Below are positions 21,732-34,669 of a stretch of 64,000 nt of DNA, piece after piece (position 1 is the first letter of the stretch; each line of letters starts with the position of its first letter). Both the position numbers and the translations under genes were made by a program. The stretch comes from Candidatus Eiseniibacteriota bacterium (GTDB lineage Bacteria > Eisenbacteria > RBG-16-71-46). Location of the stretch: assembly GCA_031364845.1 (NCBI GenBank), contig JANLWX010000007.1:32001-96000 (forward strand), written 5' to 3'. Below the pieces are notes generated by a model that saw only the letters and a list, made by a program, of their open reading frames with translations, searched no databases and was not told the origin of the DNA.

Positions 21732-22829
21732 ATGACCATTGCCGAAGAACTCCTAGCGCCACTCGCCATCGAGCACCATGCATCCTTGGAGCCTCAGCGA
21801 CCCGTTCGCGCGGCCGTGTTCGGGCTCGGGCGATCGGGACTGCATCACGCGGCCGCGCTCTCGACGATCACCAACGTCGAGCTGGTCGCGATCGGCGACC
21901 CCGACCGCAACGCGCGCCGCAACGCGCGCGGCATGGGGCTTTCGGCTCGCTCGTTCGCCAGTGCCGCCACGCTGATTCAGCGCGGGACGCCCGAGGTCCT
22001 GTTCGTCGCGACGCCGCTGGATCTGCGCGCGGGACTCGCCGCGCAGGCGCTCGAGGCGGGAGTCGCGGTGCAGATCGAAGGCGTGCCCGCGCTCACGGCG
22101 GCAGATGCCGCGCCCTTGATTCACGCGGCGGCGCGCGCCGAGCGTTCGATCGCCTGCGCGTGGTCGCTCGCTTATCACCCGGTGTTCAGTCTCGCGCGGC
22201 GCATCGTTGCCGCCGACACGCTCGGCGCCGTGCGCCAGGTGCGCGCCTCGCGCAACGTTTCGCGCGTCGTGACGCCGCTCCACCAGCGCGCGTACTCGGC
22301 GCACGGCGGACCGCGTGGCGTGCTCGCGCACGTCGGTGCCGAGATGATGTTCGTGCTGGTCCGCATGTTTGGGATGCCTTCGTCGGTGGCCGCGACTTCG
22401 CAGAGCCTCTATGGCGCGCTCGACGACGAGGCGCGCGGCGGCTGGACGCTCGAGCGCGGTGGACGGCTCGGATTCGAGACCTCGTGGAGCGCGCCCGGTT
22501 ATCCGCGCCCCGCGACCGTGATCGAGGTCGAAGCCGAGTACGGGCGCATGCTGCTGTCCGAGGACGCGGTCGAGATCGATCTCACCGCGGCGCGCGGCAC
22601 GTTTCCTTCAGGCGTGACGCGCTTCGGCCGCGCCGATCTGCCGCAGCTCGCGCGCTTCGAGCTGGAAGGCGACGAACGGTGGCTCGAGGACGCGACGTTC
22701 GTTGCGGGGATCGCGAACGGCGGTGACATTCCGACCGAACTGTCCGCGTGTCTCGAAACCTTGCGCGTGATCGATGCGCTCTACGCGTCGGCCGCCGCGG
22801 GCGGTGGTGCGGTGGAGGTCGCGCGATGA
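21732..22829 (+). CDS. Gfo/Idh/MocA family oxidoreductase (divergent)
   Basis: RAAVFGLGRSG Rossmann start, VATP; the usual EKP motif reads EGVP. Confidence 0.75.
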   Translation: MTIAEELLAPLAIEHHASLEPQRPVRAAVFGLGRSGLHHAAALSTITNVELVAIGDPDRNARRNARGMGLSARSFASAATLIQRGTPEVLFVATPLDLRAGLAAQALEAGVAVQIEGVPALTAADAAPLIHAAARAERSIACAWSLAYHPVFSLARRIVAADTLGAVRQVRASRNVSRVVTPLHQRAYSAHGGPRGVLAHVGAEMMFVLVRMFGMPSSVAATSQSLYGALDDEARGGWTLERGGRLGFETSWSAPGYPRPATVIEVEAEYGRMLLSEDAVEIDLTAARGTFPSGVTRFGRADLPQLARFELEGDERWLEDATFVAGIANGGDIPTELSACLETLRVIDALYASAAAGGGAVEVAR

Positions 22830-23683
22830 GCCCGGTCGCCCCGCCGCGCGTGCTGCTCGGAACCCGCTCGCTGCACGGCCTCACGTTCGCGACCCGCGAC
22901 CGCATCCTCGATGTCACCTCGCGCTACCGCGGGCCCGAGGCCATGGCAGTGACGATCTCTCGCGCGCTCGATGCGGGCGCCGACGGTGTGCTCGCGAGCC
23001 CGACGCCGTTGCTGGCCGCGGCGAGCCGCATCTTGCGGCGCGCGATCCCGGTTCATGCCGTGATTCCCGCGCTCAACGAGCAGGAGCGTCTCGAACTCGA
23101 ACCCGGCGTCGAGCCGTTGCTGCGCCGGCGCGTGACGGGTGCCAGGACCTCGGCCGGTGTGCGCATGGCGCTCGCGCGCTTCACGCGTCCCGCGTCGCTC
23201 TACGGCGGCGACTGGACCGTGCGGCTGCCGGTGCTGATCGAATCCGAGATCGCCAGCGTGCGCACGCGTGACGTGAAGGGCGTGGTGCTCGATGCGTGGC
23301 TCTCCGACTGCGCGCTCGCCGCGGGCAACCGGCGGCTGTTCGAAACGTTCGTGCGGCTCGTGCGTTCGCGGTTCCGCGCAGCGGCCGGCATCGAAACCCA
23401 CAATCTCGGATTGATGCTCGAACGGTTCCGCGAGTGGGGCGTGAGTCCCGACTACATCGTGGCGCCGGTGAACGCGAGCGGGCTCGGCATGAAGCCGAGC
23501 CGCAGCGAATCGCTCGCCGCGCTGCGCGAGACGACGATCCCGGTGCTCGCGAAGGAACTATGTGCGGGCGGTGCCGCGTTCGAGGACGGTGCCACGTTCG
23601 CGCGCGAGCATGGCGCTGCAGGCATCGTCGCCGATGTGTGCGAGCTCGAGGACGCCGGTTTCGAACTGAAGGCTGTGGGGTAG
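22826..23683 (+). CDS. Hypothetical protein (possible TIM-barrel)
   Basis: Coupled to upstream gene; GIETHN, APVNASGLGMKP. Confidence 0.6.
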   Translation: MSPVAPPRVLLGTRSLHGLTFATRDRILDVTSRYRGPEAMAVTISRALDAGADGVLASPTPLLAAASRILRRAIPVHAVIPALNEQERLELEPGVEPLLRRRVTGARTSAGVRMALARFTRPASLYGGDWTVRLPVLIESEIASVRTRDVKGVVLDAWLSDCALAAGNRRLFETFVRLVRSRFRAAAGIETHNLGLMLERFREWGVSPDYIVAPVNASGLGMKPSRSESLAALRETTIPVLAKELCAGGAAFEDGATFAREHGAAGIVADVCELEDAGFELKAVG

Positions 23684-23771
23684 GAGTGCCGGGCCCGCGC
23701 ACCGGCGTCGCGACGTACGGGCGCACCGGCGACGCGTTGCATACACGCGGCTTCACGCCGCGCGAGCACGC

Positions 23772-25715
23772 ATGAAGCGCCGCGACCGCCGCACCTCTCC
23801 GGCTTCCCGCGAGTCGACCCGCCGGGACGGCTCGGGCGCTGCCGCCCGCGAATCCGCGAACGCCTCCGGGCTCGGCTTCTTCGTCGCGATGGTCGCGGCA
23901 CTGGTGCTCGCGTTCCACGCGCGCTCCTATCTGCCGTTCATCGCCGACGACGCGCTGATCTCGCTGCGCTATGCCGAGCGGCTGCTCGAGGGCCACGGCC
24001 TCACGTGGAACGACGGCGAGCGCGTCGAGGGCTACTCGAACTTGCTGTGGGTGCTGTTGTGCTCGGGCTTGGGCGCGCTCGGCATCGATCTCGTGGTCGC
24101 GGCCCGCATGCTCGGATTCGCCTGCCATGCCGCTGCACTCGCGGCGGTCGCGTGGGCGTTCGCGCCCGAGGCCTTCACCGGCGCACTGCCGGCACTCGCG
24201 GGCACGCTCGTGATCGCGCTCGCCGCGCCGATCGCCGTGTGGACCGTCGGCGGGCTCGAGACGCCACTCGTCGCCGCACTGTTCGCGTGGGCGATCGCGA
24301 CCACGCTGCGCCTGTTGCGGCCGGAAGCTGTCGCGCGCGATGCCTGCGTGCCGTCGCTGCTGCTCGGACTCCTGTGCATCACGCGCCCGGACGGCTTCCT
24401 GCTCGCGGGCGCGCTGTGCGCGGGCCTGCTCGCCGCACGCGGGCGAGCCGCGTTGAAACTCGCGGGCGTGCTCGCCGCCGGCCCGGCACTGTTCACCGCA
24501 TCCCAGCTCGCGTTCCGGCTCGCCTACTACGGTGAGTGGATCTCCAATTCGTCACGCGTGAAGCTCGCGCTGTCCGCCGCGCGGCTTCGCAGCGGCGTGT
24601 TGTACCTGGCCGACGGATTGTTCGCGTTCCTGCCGCTGATCCTCGGCATCGTGGCCGCGTTGATCGCCGCGCGCGGGGTGCGTGGCGCACCGCGGCGCAT
24701 CACGCTGCTCGTGGTTCCGATCGCACTGTGGATGCTGTACGTGTTGATGATCGGGGGCGATCTGTTCCCGGCGCGCAGATTCCTCGTGCCGCTCGTCGTG
24801 CTCGCGGCGTTCATCGTGGCTGAAGCGCTGGGCCGCGTACTGGAACGCCGGCGATTCGCCGGGGTCGCGGGCATCACGCTCGCGGGAATCGCCGTGTACG
24901 GCGCGATGCAACTCGCCGATCCCGCCGCCGTGCGCGCGCGCATCGAGCGCTGGGAGTGGGACGGCGAAGTGATCGGGCGCTTCCTCGCGCGCGCATTCGG
25001 CGACCGCGCACCCCGCATCGCCGTCGATCCCGCGGGCTCGGTGCCGTACTGGTCGAAGCTGCCGGCCATCGACATGCTCGGCCTGAGCGATCACTGGATC
25101 GCGCATCATCCGCCCAAGGAATTCGGCAGCGGACGGCTCGGCCATGAACTCGGCGACGGACGCTACGTGCTCTCGCGCGAGCCCGATCTCGTGATGCTGT
25201 GTGTCCCGACCGGCCGCGACACCGGCTGCTTCCGCAGCGGCAAGGAGCTGGTGGCCGACAGCACGTTCACTTCCCGCTACGCGCTCGTGACGTACGCGGC
25301 GGACGATCCCTATGCCGTCCAGTCGCGCATCTGGACACGCCGCGAAGGAGGAAAGCTCGGCATCGTGCGCGAGCCGGGCCGCGTGACCGTGCCGGGCTGG
25401 CTGCTGAACGCGAACCCCGCGAGTATCACGCGCCTCGACTCCGGCGGTAAGCCCGCAGTGCTCGTCACCCGCGAAACGCCGGCGATCCTCGTGGATCTCG
25501 AGTTGCCGGCCGGGAGCTGGCGGCTGGTGCTCGACAGCGATCGCCGCGGCGTTCGCATCGAGGTGCGAAGTGCCGGCAGTGGGACGGTCGCCACGGGCAG
25601 CGACTCACTGTCCTTCGATCACGCGGGCGGGAGAATCGACGTCGGCCTGTCGCCGGCGGACGCCGCTCCGGCCCACATCCGCTCAATGATGCTGCAGCGC
25701 GTCGGAAGTCCGTAG
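23772..25715 (+). CDS. GT-C fold membrane glycosyltransferase (arabinofuranosyltransferase-like)
   Basis: DDALISLRYAERL..GHGLTWN.GERVEGYSNLLW, GGLETPL, TRPDG, IDMLGL. Confidence 0.8.
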   Translation: MKRRDRRTSPASRESTRRDGSGAAARESANASGLGFFVAMVAALVLAFHARSYLPFIADDALISLRYAERLLEGHGLTWNDGERVEGYSNLLWVLLCSGLGALGIDLVVAARMLGFACHAAALAAVAWAFAPEAFTGALPALAGTLVIALAAPIAVWTVGGLETPLVAALFAWAIATTLRLLRPEAVARDACVPSLLLGLLCITRPDGFLLAGALCAGLLAARGRAALKLAGVLAAGPALFTASQLAFRLAYYGEWISNSSRVKLALSAARLRSGVLYLADGLFAFLPLILGIVAALIAARGVRGAPRRITLLVVPIALWMLYVLMIGGDLFPARRFLVPLVVLAAFIVAEALGRVLERRRFAGVAGITLAGIAVYGAMQLADPAAVRARIERWEWDGEVIGRFLARAFGDRAPRIAVDPAGSVPYWSKLPAIDMLGLSDHWIAHHPPKEFGSGRLGHELGDGRYVLSREPDLVMLCVPTGRDTGCFRSGKELVADSTFTSRYALVTYAADDPYAVQSRIWTRREGGKLGIVREPGRVTVPGWLLNANPASITRLDSGGKPAVLVTRETPAILVDLELPAGSWRLVLDSDRRGVRIEVRSAGSGTVATGSDSLSFDHAGGRIDVGLSPADAAPAHIRSMMLQRVGSP

Positions 25716-25738
25716 CCGCACCTCACCGCCCCGAAAAA

Positions 25739-28570
<2,832 letters not shown>

Positions 28571-28583
28571 GATGGATTCGCCT

Positions 28584-29021
28584 CTATGAATGCTGCTGGT
28601 GCACCGGAATCTCCGTGCGTTGCGGCTGCGGAGCCGGGACCAGATGGATTTCCAGGATGCCGTCGCGGAACTTCGCGTCGACGTGGTCTTCGTCGGCCGT
28701 CCACGGCAGCTCGATGACGCGACGGAACTCGCCAAAAAAGATTTCGGCCCGGTGGTAGTGCGATCCGTTCGGCCGCTCGGGGGGTTCGCGGCGACCGGTG
28801 ATTTCCAGAAGATTTGCGCGCAATCGCACGCGGACGTTTTCGCGCGGCACGCCCGCGAGTTCGACGATGACGCGGGCCGAGGCTTCGTTCACCACCAGAT
28901 CGGCCGGTGGCGACCAGGTCGGCTCGCCGAAGTGCGATGCCGGGTGGCGATGGTAGACGAGGTCGTGGAACAGGCGCTGGACTTCGCGCTGAAGGTTCTC
29001 GAACGGGTCATCGTGTGACAT
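28584..29021 (-). CDS. Hsp20/alpha-crystallin small heat-shock protein
   Basis: WSPPADL, ELAGV, FGEFRRVIELP, AKFRDGILEI. Confidence 0.9.
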   Translation of the reverse strand: MSHDDPFENLQREVQRLFHDLVYHRHPASHFGEPTWSPPADLVVNEASARVIVELAGVPRENVRVRLRANLLEITGRREPPERPNGSHYHRAEIFFGEFRRVIELPWTADEDHVDAKFRDGILEIHLVPAPQPQRTEIPVHQQHS

Positions 29022-29102
29022 GAGCAGGGGCTCCGGGGGCGTTCGCGTAAGGGCGAAGCCTAGCTCACGCATGAGGCAGGGGCAAAGCCGGCAGGCACGC
29101 GA

Positions 29103-29139
29103 AAGCCCGGAGCTTCGGGGGTTCCGATGCTCCGGGCTT
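29103..29139 (-). terminator. Stem-loop just downstream of the beta-barrel gene
   Basis: AAGCCCGGAGC...GCTCCGGGCTT 11-bp inverted repeat. Confidence 0.5.
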
Positions 29140-29161
29140 CGTGAGCGGTGCTACGCGAAGA

Positions 29162-29728
29162 CTATCGGGGGGCGCGGAACAGCGACATGCCGACGCCGAT
29201 GTCGAACACGTCGGCGCTGGTCTCGTGCACGCTCTCGGGATTCGATTCGTGCTGGAAGCCGACCGAAACGTTGAGCGAGCGCGCATCGCCGACCATCGAG
29301 CGGAAGCCGACGCGCATCATCGGCAGCAGCAGGGCCCGGTCGCTGTCTTCTCCGGTGTACTGAACGAGACCGAACGCCAGGCTCGCGAACGGAAACACGC
29401 CGCTCTTGGAGGCGAAGTTGTACTGCCCGCCGAACGAGGCACCCGCCGAATTGCGGGCCGAACCCAGCCGCGCCGTGTGCTGGGCGAGCACACCGGCGGT
29501 CAGTTGGAAGCGGTCGTTGAACGCGCGGGCGGCGTCGGCGCGCAGGTTGATGTGCGTCGCGCTGGTCGAGGCGCCGCTGCCTGCGGGAGAGATGCTCGAG
29601 CGCGTGAACGCGACGGACGGCGCGAACTCGAAGCCTCCGGACTGGACCGGGGACGTTTCGGCGCAGGCGACAGACGCGCCCAGCACCGTGATCGACAGCA
29701 GGATGAGACTCGAGAGACGGACTCGCAC
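29162..29728 (-). CDS. Outer-membrane beta-barrel protein
   Basis: Signal peptide; amphipathic strands; GQYNF, VFPF, C-terminal IGVGMSLF. Confidence 0.7.
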   Translation of the reverse strand: MRVRLSSLILLSITVLGASVACAETSPVQSGGFEFAPSVAFTRSSISPAGSGASTSATHINLRADAARAFNDRFQLTAGVLAQHTARLGSARNSAGASFGGQYNFASKSGVFPFASLAFGLVQYTGEDSDRALLLPMMRVGFRSMVGDARSLNVSVGFQHESNPESVHETSADVFDIGVGMSLFRAPR

Positions 29729-30219
29729 AATAGCCTCCTGGCTCGGGGGAACAGCGGCCGCGGCCCCTCGCGGGGTCGCTCACCAGCGGACGGAAAGGTC
29801 CGCCGACCTCGGGCAAGGACGCGGCCACCCCGTAAGTCGTTGCGGTTGTGTCGGCGGTCCCGCCGGACCGGTGCGGATTGCACGGGTGGGCCGTGCATCG
29901 CGCGAGGGTCCGCGCCCGCGACGGCCAGCCGAGCGGCTCGAGACATCGGCCCCGGTACTTACCTTCGAGGTGCGCCGCCGTTGAGTCACGGGGCACCCCG
30001 AAGCCGAATTCACCCGACCCGCGATCTTGGTCATTGACATTCCCCGAACGTAAACCGATCCTATTCGTTGCGTCGGAGGAAGAATTCCGATTCGGTCGCG
30101 AAGTTCTATGGAACACCAACACGGGTCGCGTGCCGCGCTGAGTTGGTAGCGTGTGTCAGCCGTTCCAACTCTTTCCACATTTGGAATGGCGACTGCGGGC
30201 CCGAATCCAGGAGGGAATC

Positions 30220-31851
30220 ATGAGCCCCTTGCTGCCACCCGGCTCCCGCGCCCTTCGGCCGCGTCTACTGTATGCGACCGCACTCGCGTTGCTGCTCACA
30301 CCGTCGCTGGCGCTCGCCAGTCAATGCTTCCAGCCCGACGCCAGCGGCACCGTCTCCCTGCCCCCGGCGGGGTGCCCCTACGTCAGCCCGACGGACTTTC
30401 ACGTGATCGTGAACGGCCTTCCGCCGGGAACGACGATCAAGGTGGGTGTCGAACACTCGCGGTTCCTCAACGTCACGCACACGCCGGGCGGCTCGCTCGG
30501 AGGCGAGGTCGAGCAGTTCCAGTCGACGCTCCAGTTGACGCTCACCGGCACCGGTTCGCTGACCGGATATTCCCGATCGGTGCCGCTGAACGCGCAGTGC
30601 GTCACGCACGTCGGGCCGCGCACGCCGGGAACCTCCCCGCAGTCGTTCGACACGCAGATGCAGGGAATCCAGGGCCAGTTGCCTGCCGGTGATCCCGACT
30701 TCGATCTGCTGCGCATCACCGCGGGCAACGGATTCGGCATGCCGAGCCCGGGCCACACGACGTTGACGCAGCAGCCGGGCGGCAACTGGAACGTCGACAG
30801 CTTCTTCGACATCACGTATCGAATCGACTTCATCGGCAAGCCCGGCGGACCGCTGGGTGGGATGTCCGGCTCGACCACTGGGACCATCCGCATGGGTGCG
30901 GGTGAACCGCCGCCGCCGGTCCCGCCGTGCACGGTCGTGGACAACGGCACCGGCACCGTCGATCTGCCGCCTCAGGGATGCGGCTATGTCAGCCCCGACG
31001 ATCTCCACCGCATGATCGACGGTCTGCCTCCGGGCACGACCATCAACATCGCCGCGGAGCATGCGCAGTTCTTCAACGTCAATCACTTCCCCGATCCCGC
31101 GGGTGGCGAGAAGGAGCAATTCAGCTCGGGCCTCACGCTGCAGCTGAATGGCACCGGTGAGCTCTCCACCTTCCATCGCACCCTGTCGATCCAGACTCAG
31201 TGCCAGTCGGCAACGGAAGCTCGCGTTCCCGGCACGTCACCCCAGTCGTTCGACACGCAGATGGAGGGGGTCCAGGGCCAGATCACGGGTGATCCGGACT
31301 TCGATCTGCTGCGCGTCACCGCGGGCAGCAACTTCGGCCTGCCGAGCCCGGGGCACACGACGCTCACCTCGATACCGGGACCCAATGGACCCAGTGGGCC
31401 CGGCGCATCGTGGAACGTTTACAGCTTCTTCGACATCACCTATCGCATCGACTTCGTCGGCGCCCCGGGAGGAGCCCTGGCCGGACGCTCGGGTTCCACC
31501 ACCGCGACGATCCGCATGCAGACCGGCAATCCGGGCACGACCAGCGTTCCCGGGCTGGATCCGCAGGGTCCGCGCAGCCTCAAGCTCGTGAACCGGCCGA
31601 ATCCGTTCAACACCGGCACCTCGATCCTGTACCGGCTCACGCAGCCGGCCCGGGTTCGCCTGACGGTCTATGACGCGGCGGGCAAGCGCGTCCGCGATCT
31701 GATCGACGCCGCGATGCCGGCCGGACCGCACGCGATGTTCTGGGACGCCCGCAACGACGAAGGCCGCAAGCTCGGCGCCGGGCAGTACTTCATTCGCATC
31801 GCCATCAACGGCAAGCAGGCCGGCAGCACGAAGGCGACGATCATCAAGTAG
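30220..31851 (+). CDS. Secreted protein with two tandem ~200-aa repeats and FlgD-like C-terminal domain
   Basis: AGGAGG RBS; signal peptide; duplicated DPDFDLLR.TAG..FG.PSPGHTTL / SFFDITYRIDF; PNPFN...WDARNDEG. Confidence 0.85.
   Translation: MSPLLPPGSRALRPRLLYATALALLLTPSLALASQCFQPDASGTVSLPPAGCPYVSPTDFHVIVNGLPPGTTIKVGVEHSRFLNVTHTPGGSLGGEVEQFQSTLQLTLTGTGSLTGYSRSVPLNAQCVTHVGPRTPGTSPQSFDTQMQGIQGQLPAGDPDFDLLRITAGNGFGMPSPGHTTLTQQPGGNWNVDSFFDITYRIDFIGKPGGPLGGMSGSTTGTIRMGAGEPPPPVPPCTVVDNGTGTVDLPPQGCGYVSPDDLHRMIDGLPPGTTINIAAEHAQFFNVNHFPDPAGGEKEQFSSGLTLQLNGTGELSTFHRTLSIQTQCQSATEARVPGTSPQSFDTQMEGVQGQITGDPDFDLLRVTAGSNFGLPSPGHTTLTSIPGPNGPSGPGASWNVYSFFDITYRIDFVGAPGGALAGRSGSTTATIRMQTGNPGTTSVPGLDPQGPRSLKLVNRPNPFNTGTSILYRLTQPARVRLTVYDAAGKRVRDLIDAAMPAGPHAMFWDARNDEGRKLGAGQYFIRIAINGKQAGSTKATIIK
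30325..31527 (+). repeat. Intragenic tandem duplication (603-nt period)
   Basis: Copy 1 starts 30325 (CFQPD), copy 2 starts 30928 (CTVVD); long near-identical DNA stretches. Confidence 0.9.
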
Positions 31852-31875
31852 GACGGATTCGAGTTGGATGTACGG

Positions 31876-31908
31876 ACGAGGAGGGGGCCGATACGGCTCC
31901 CTCCTCGT
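31876..31908. terminator. Hairpin terminator between convergent genes; left border of the PKS cluster
   Basis: ACGAGGAGGGGGCCG-ATA-CGGCTCCCTCCTCGT. Confidence 0.75.
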
Positions 31909-31927
31909 TTAGTAGCCCGACCGCGGG

Positions 31928-34660
31928 TCAGGAATCCTTCGTCGTCGCGCCTTCGCGGGGTGCCGCCACGCGCAGCAGCGGCGGGAGCACGAGCAAGGTT
32001 GCGACGAGGCAGCCGAGCAGGCTCACGACCGTAATCGATCCGAGCTGAGCGTTCGCGGGCACCTGTGACAGCGTGAGGATGCCGAATCCGGCCGTCACCG
32101 CGAGTGCGTTGACGAGGATGCCGGGTCCGGTCGCGGTGAGCGCGTCGAGCACCGCGGCCCCGTGCGGCTCGCCGCGCCGCGTGGCCTCGCGGTAGCGATG
32201 GACCAGGTGAATCGCGAAGTCGACGCCGACGCCCAGCACCATGCTCGCGAACATCGAGGTCGCGACGCCGAGCGGCATGCCCACGACTCCCATCATCGCG
32301 AACGTGCCCGCCACCGCGATGCCGGCCGGCGCCATGCACAGGATTCCCCAGCGCATCGAGCGGAACAGGATCGCGCTGACCGCGACGATCCCCAGCAGCG
32401 AGGCGAGCAGCGAACCGACCTGCGAGCGCACGATCGCCTGGATCAATGCCTGGCTCACGGCGACGTCGCCGGCGAAATCGATCCGCATCTTCAAAGGTGC
32501 CAGATGCTCGCGCTCATAGTCGCGAATCTCCGCCATGAGCTGCCGCGTGTCTCGGTAGTTCGCGTTCTTCAAGAATACTGTGATCAGCGCGTGGTCCAAC
32601 TGCGGGGTTGCGACTTCGCCGACGCGCCCGGCGCCGAACACCGTCCGAAGTGCCGACCACAGCCAGCGCACGCGATCGGGATCGCTCGGAATGCCGCGCG
32701 ATCCCGGTGACCGATCGCTCATGAGGAATTCAACGGTCGCGATCTGATCCGAGGGCCCGAGAACTCCGCCGACCGAAAGCTGCGACCGGGCGCGCACGAA
32801 CTGTTCGAGCGAGTCGAGCGCCATGAGCAGCGACGGAATTGCGAGCCGCTGGGAGAGAAGCGCGAACATGAGGGTGTCGGACGGTTCCGGCATCAACAGG
32901 AACTGCGCCGAGCCGTGGTAGAGCGGCGTCGTGACGGCGATGCGGCCGTCGCGGCGTTCGGCGCTTTCGACGACCGAGGACCAGTATGAAGGCTGGCCGA
33001 GTTCCGGCAATCCGGGGCGGCGCGACGCGGAGGATTGCCGGGCGGATCGTGGCAGGACGCTCACCCAGAGCGAGCAGCCGGTGAGCAAGGTGGGGTCGGC
33101 GATGAGGCTGTCCGGGAACAGCGTCACGTTGCCGTGCAGATCCGCAGGAGACAGCGTGCCCTGGATGAGAAGCGGGCGTCCCGTGTCGACCGACAGCAGC
33201 AGCCGATGCGTCCCGAAGAACTGCCGGTTGAAGTACTGCGTCGCCCGATAGAACGCGCTCGAGGGCGCGAACCCGCTGATCCAGCTGTCCTGGATCTCCA
33301 CCTTGCGGATCGCGAGCGGTGAAGCGAGCAGCGCGATCGCCGTGAGCGTCAGGGTGATCACGGGCCGCGCGCCGAGTTTTGCGATCCACGCGACCCATGC
33401 GCGCGGTGCCGCATCGCCCGCGTCACGCGTCCGTCCGGCGAGTGCGCGCGCCGGCAACAGCACCAGCAGTGCCGGGATCACGGTGAGTGTCCACACCATG
33501 CAGAACACGATGCCGGCCGCGGTGAAGATGCCGAACGCGCGGATCGGCGCGAGTGGCGACAGCGCGAATGCGAGAAAGCCGATCGCGGTGGTCCATCCGG
33601 TCGCCATCACCGGCAGGCTCGTCTCGTCGAGCGCCGCGCGAACCGCGGAGGTGATCGGTTCGTTCGGATGCGCGGCGACACGCTGGCGGTACGACGTGAA
33701 CACATGGATCTCGTCCGCGAGCCCCATCGACACGAGGATCACGGGCAGCACCGCCATCGTGAGATACACCGGCACGCCGAGCCAGCCCATGAGTCCGAAC
33801 ACGAACACCAGGCACGCGAGCGCTTCGCTCAACGGAAGCCAGGTCGCGGCAAAGCTCCTGAAGCTGATCAGGAACACGAGCCCCATGAACACGATCGCGA
33901 TCGGGAGCAGGCCGACGTGGCGGGCGATCGCCTCGCGCAGCCGGGCGATGGCGCGGGCGCCGTCGCCGGAAGCAGCGTCGAAGGCATCGCGCTGCGCACG
34001 GTGCTTCGAGATGCCGAGGTCTTCGAGAATGTGGACGCCGAGCAAGGCTTCCGCGACCGGCGCGCCGATCACGGTCACGTCGTGGCCCGCGGTGTCGGCG
34101 GCAGCGATCACCTCTCGGACGCTCGAGACGATCGCCGCGCGATCGGTGCCCGCATCGATCCCGGCGAGGATCGCGGCGGCACGCGCGTCGCGCGCGAGCA
34201 GCGTGCCCGACAGGAGTCCGATGTCGGCGATCTCGCCGCGCAATCGATCCATGTCGGCAGCCGTCGCCGGCAGCGGATCGAGGAGTTCGCGCCGGAGCAG
34301 CGTTCCCGGACGGAAGCGTTCGCTGGGTTCGGTCGCGAGGCTGCGCACGCTCGCCGAATCGATCCCGGGCAATTCCTGGAAGGCGTGCGTGAGGCGCGCG
34401 ATCAATGCCAGAGTGCGCGCGTCGTAGATTCCATCGGGGTTCCGCGAACGGACGACGATCACGAGCGGATCGTGTACGCCGAAAGCCTGACGCACCTGAT
34501 TGTCGAGCAGCACCGCGGGATCGCGCGGCGGGATCAGCGCGTGGCCGTCGGTGCGCAGGTGCAGTCGCAGCATCCCGGGCGCCACCGCTAGCGTGACGGC
34601 GAGCGCGAGAGCGAGGACCAGGCGCGGGCGCCGGATCGCGAAGTCGTGGAGATGCTTCAA
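31928..34660 (-). CDS. MMPL/RND family transporter
   Basis: Two repeats of TM + periplasmic loop + 5 TM; MGLADEIH and GVGVDFAIH motifs. Confidence 0.9.
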   Translation of the reverse strand: MKHLHDFAIRRPRLVLALALAVTLAVAPGMLRLHLRTDGHALIPPRDPAVLLDNQVRQAFGVHDPLVIVVRSRNPDGIYDARTLALIARLTHAFQELPGIDSASVRSLATEPSERFRPGTLLRRELLDPLPATAADMDRLRGEIADIGLLSGTLLARDARAAAILAGIDAGTDRAAIVSSVREVIAAADTAGHDVTVIGAPVAEALLGVHILEDLGISKHRAQRDAFDAASGDGARAIARLREAIARHVGLLPIAIVFMGLVFLISFRSFAATWLPLSEALACLVFVFGLMGWLGVPVYLTMAVLPVILVSMGLADEIHVFTSYRQRVAAHPNEPITSAVRAALDETSLPVMATGWTTAIGFLAFALSPLAPIRAFGIFTAAGIVFCMVWTLTVIPALLVLLPARALAGRTRDAGDAAPRAWVAWIAKLGARPVITLTLTAIALLASPLAIRKVEIQDSWISGFAPSSAFYRATQYFNRQFFGTHRLLLSVDTGRPLLIQGTLSPADLHGNVTLFPDSLIADPTLLTGCSLWVSVLPRSARQSSASRRPGLPELGQPSYWSSVVESAERRDGRIAVTTPLYHGSAQFLLMPEPSDTLMFALLSQRLAIPSLLMALDSLEQFVRARSQLSVGGVLGPSDQIATVEFLMSDRSPGSRGIPSDPDRVRWLWSALRTVFGAGRVGEVATPQLDHALITVFLKNANYRDTRQLMAEIRDYEREHLAPLKMRIDFAGDVAVSQALIQAIVRSQVGSLLASLLGIVAVSAILFRSMRWGILCMAPAGIAVAGTFAMMGVVGMPLGVATSMFASMVLGVGVDFAIHLVHRYREATRRGEPHGAAVLDALTATGPGILVNALAVTAGFGILTLSQVPANAQLGSITVVSLLGCLVATLLVLPPLLRVAAPREGATTKDS

Positions 34661-34669
34661 CGCGCGGCG

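Noticed and set aside
30325..31527. DNA repeats as a CRISPR array or mobile element
   Set aside because: In-frame protein domain duplication with only two copies and no spacers
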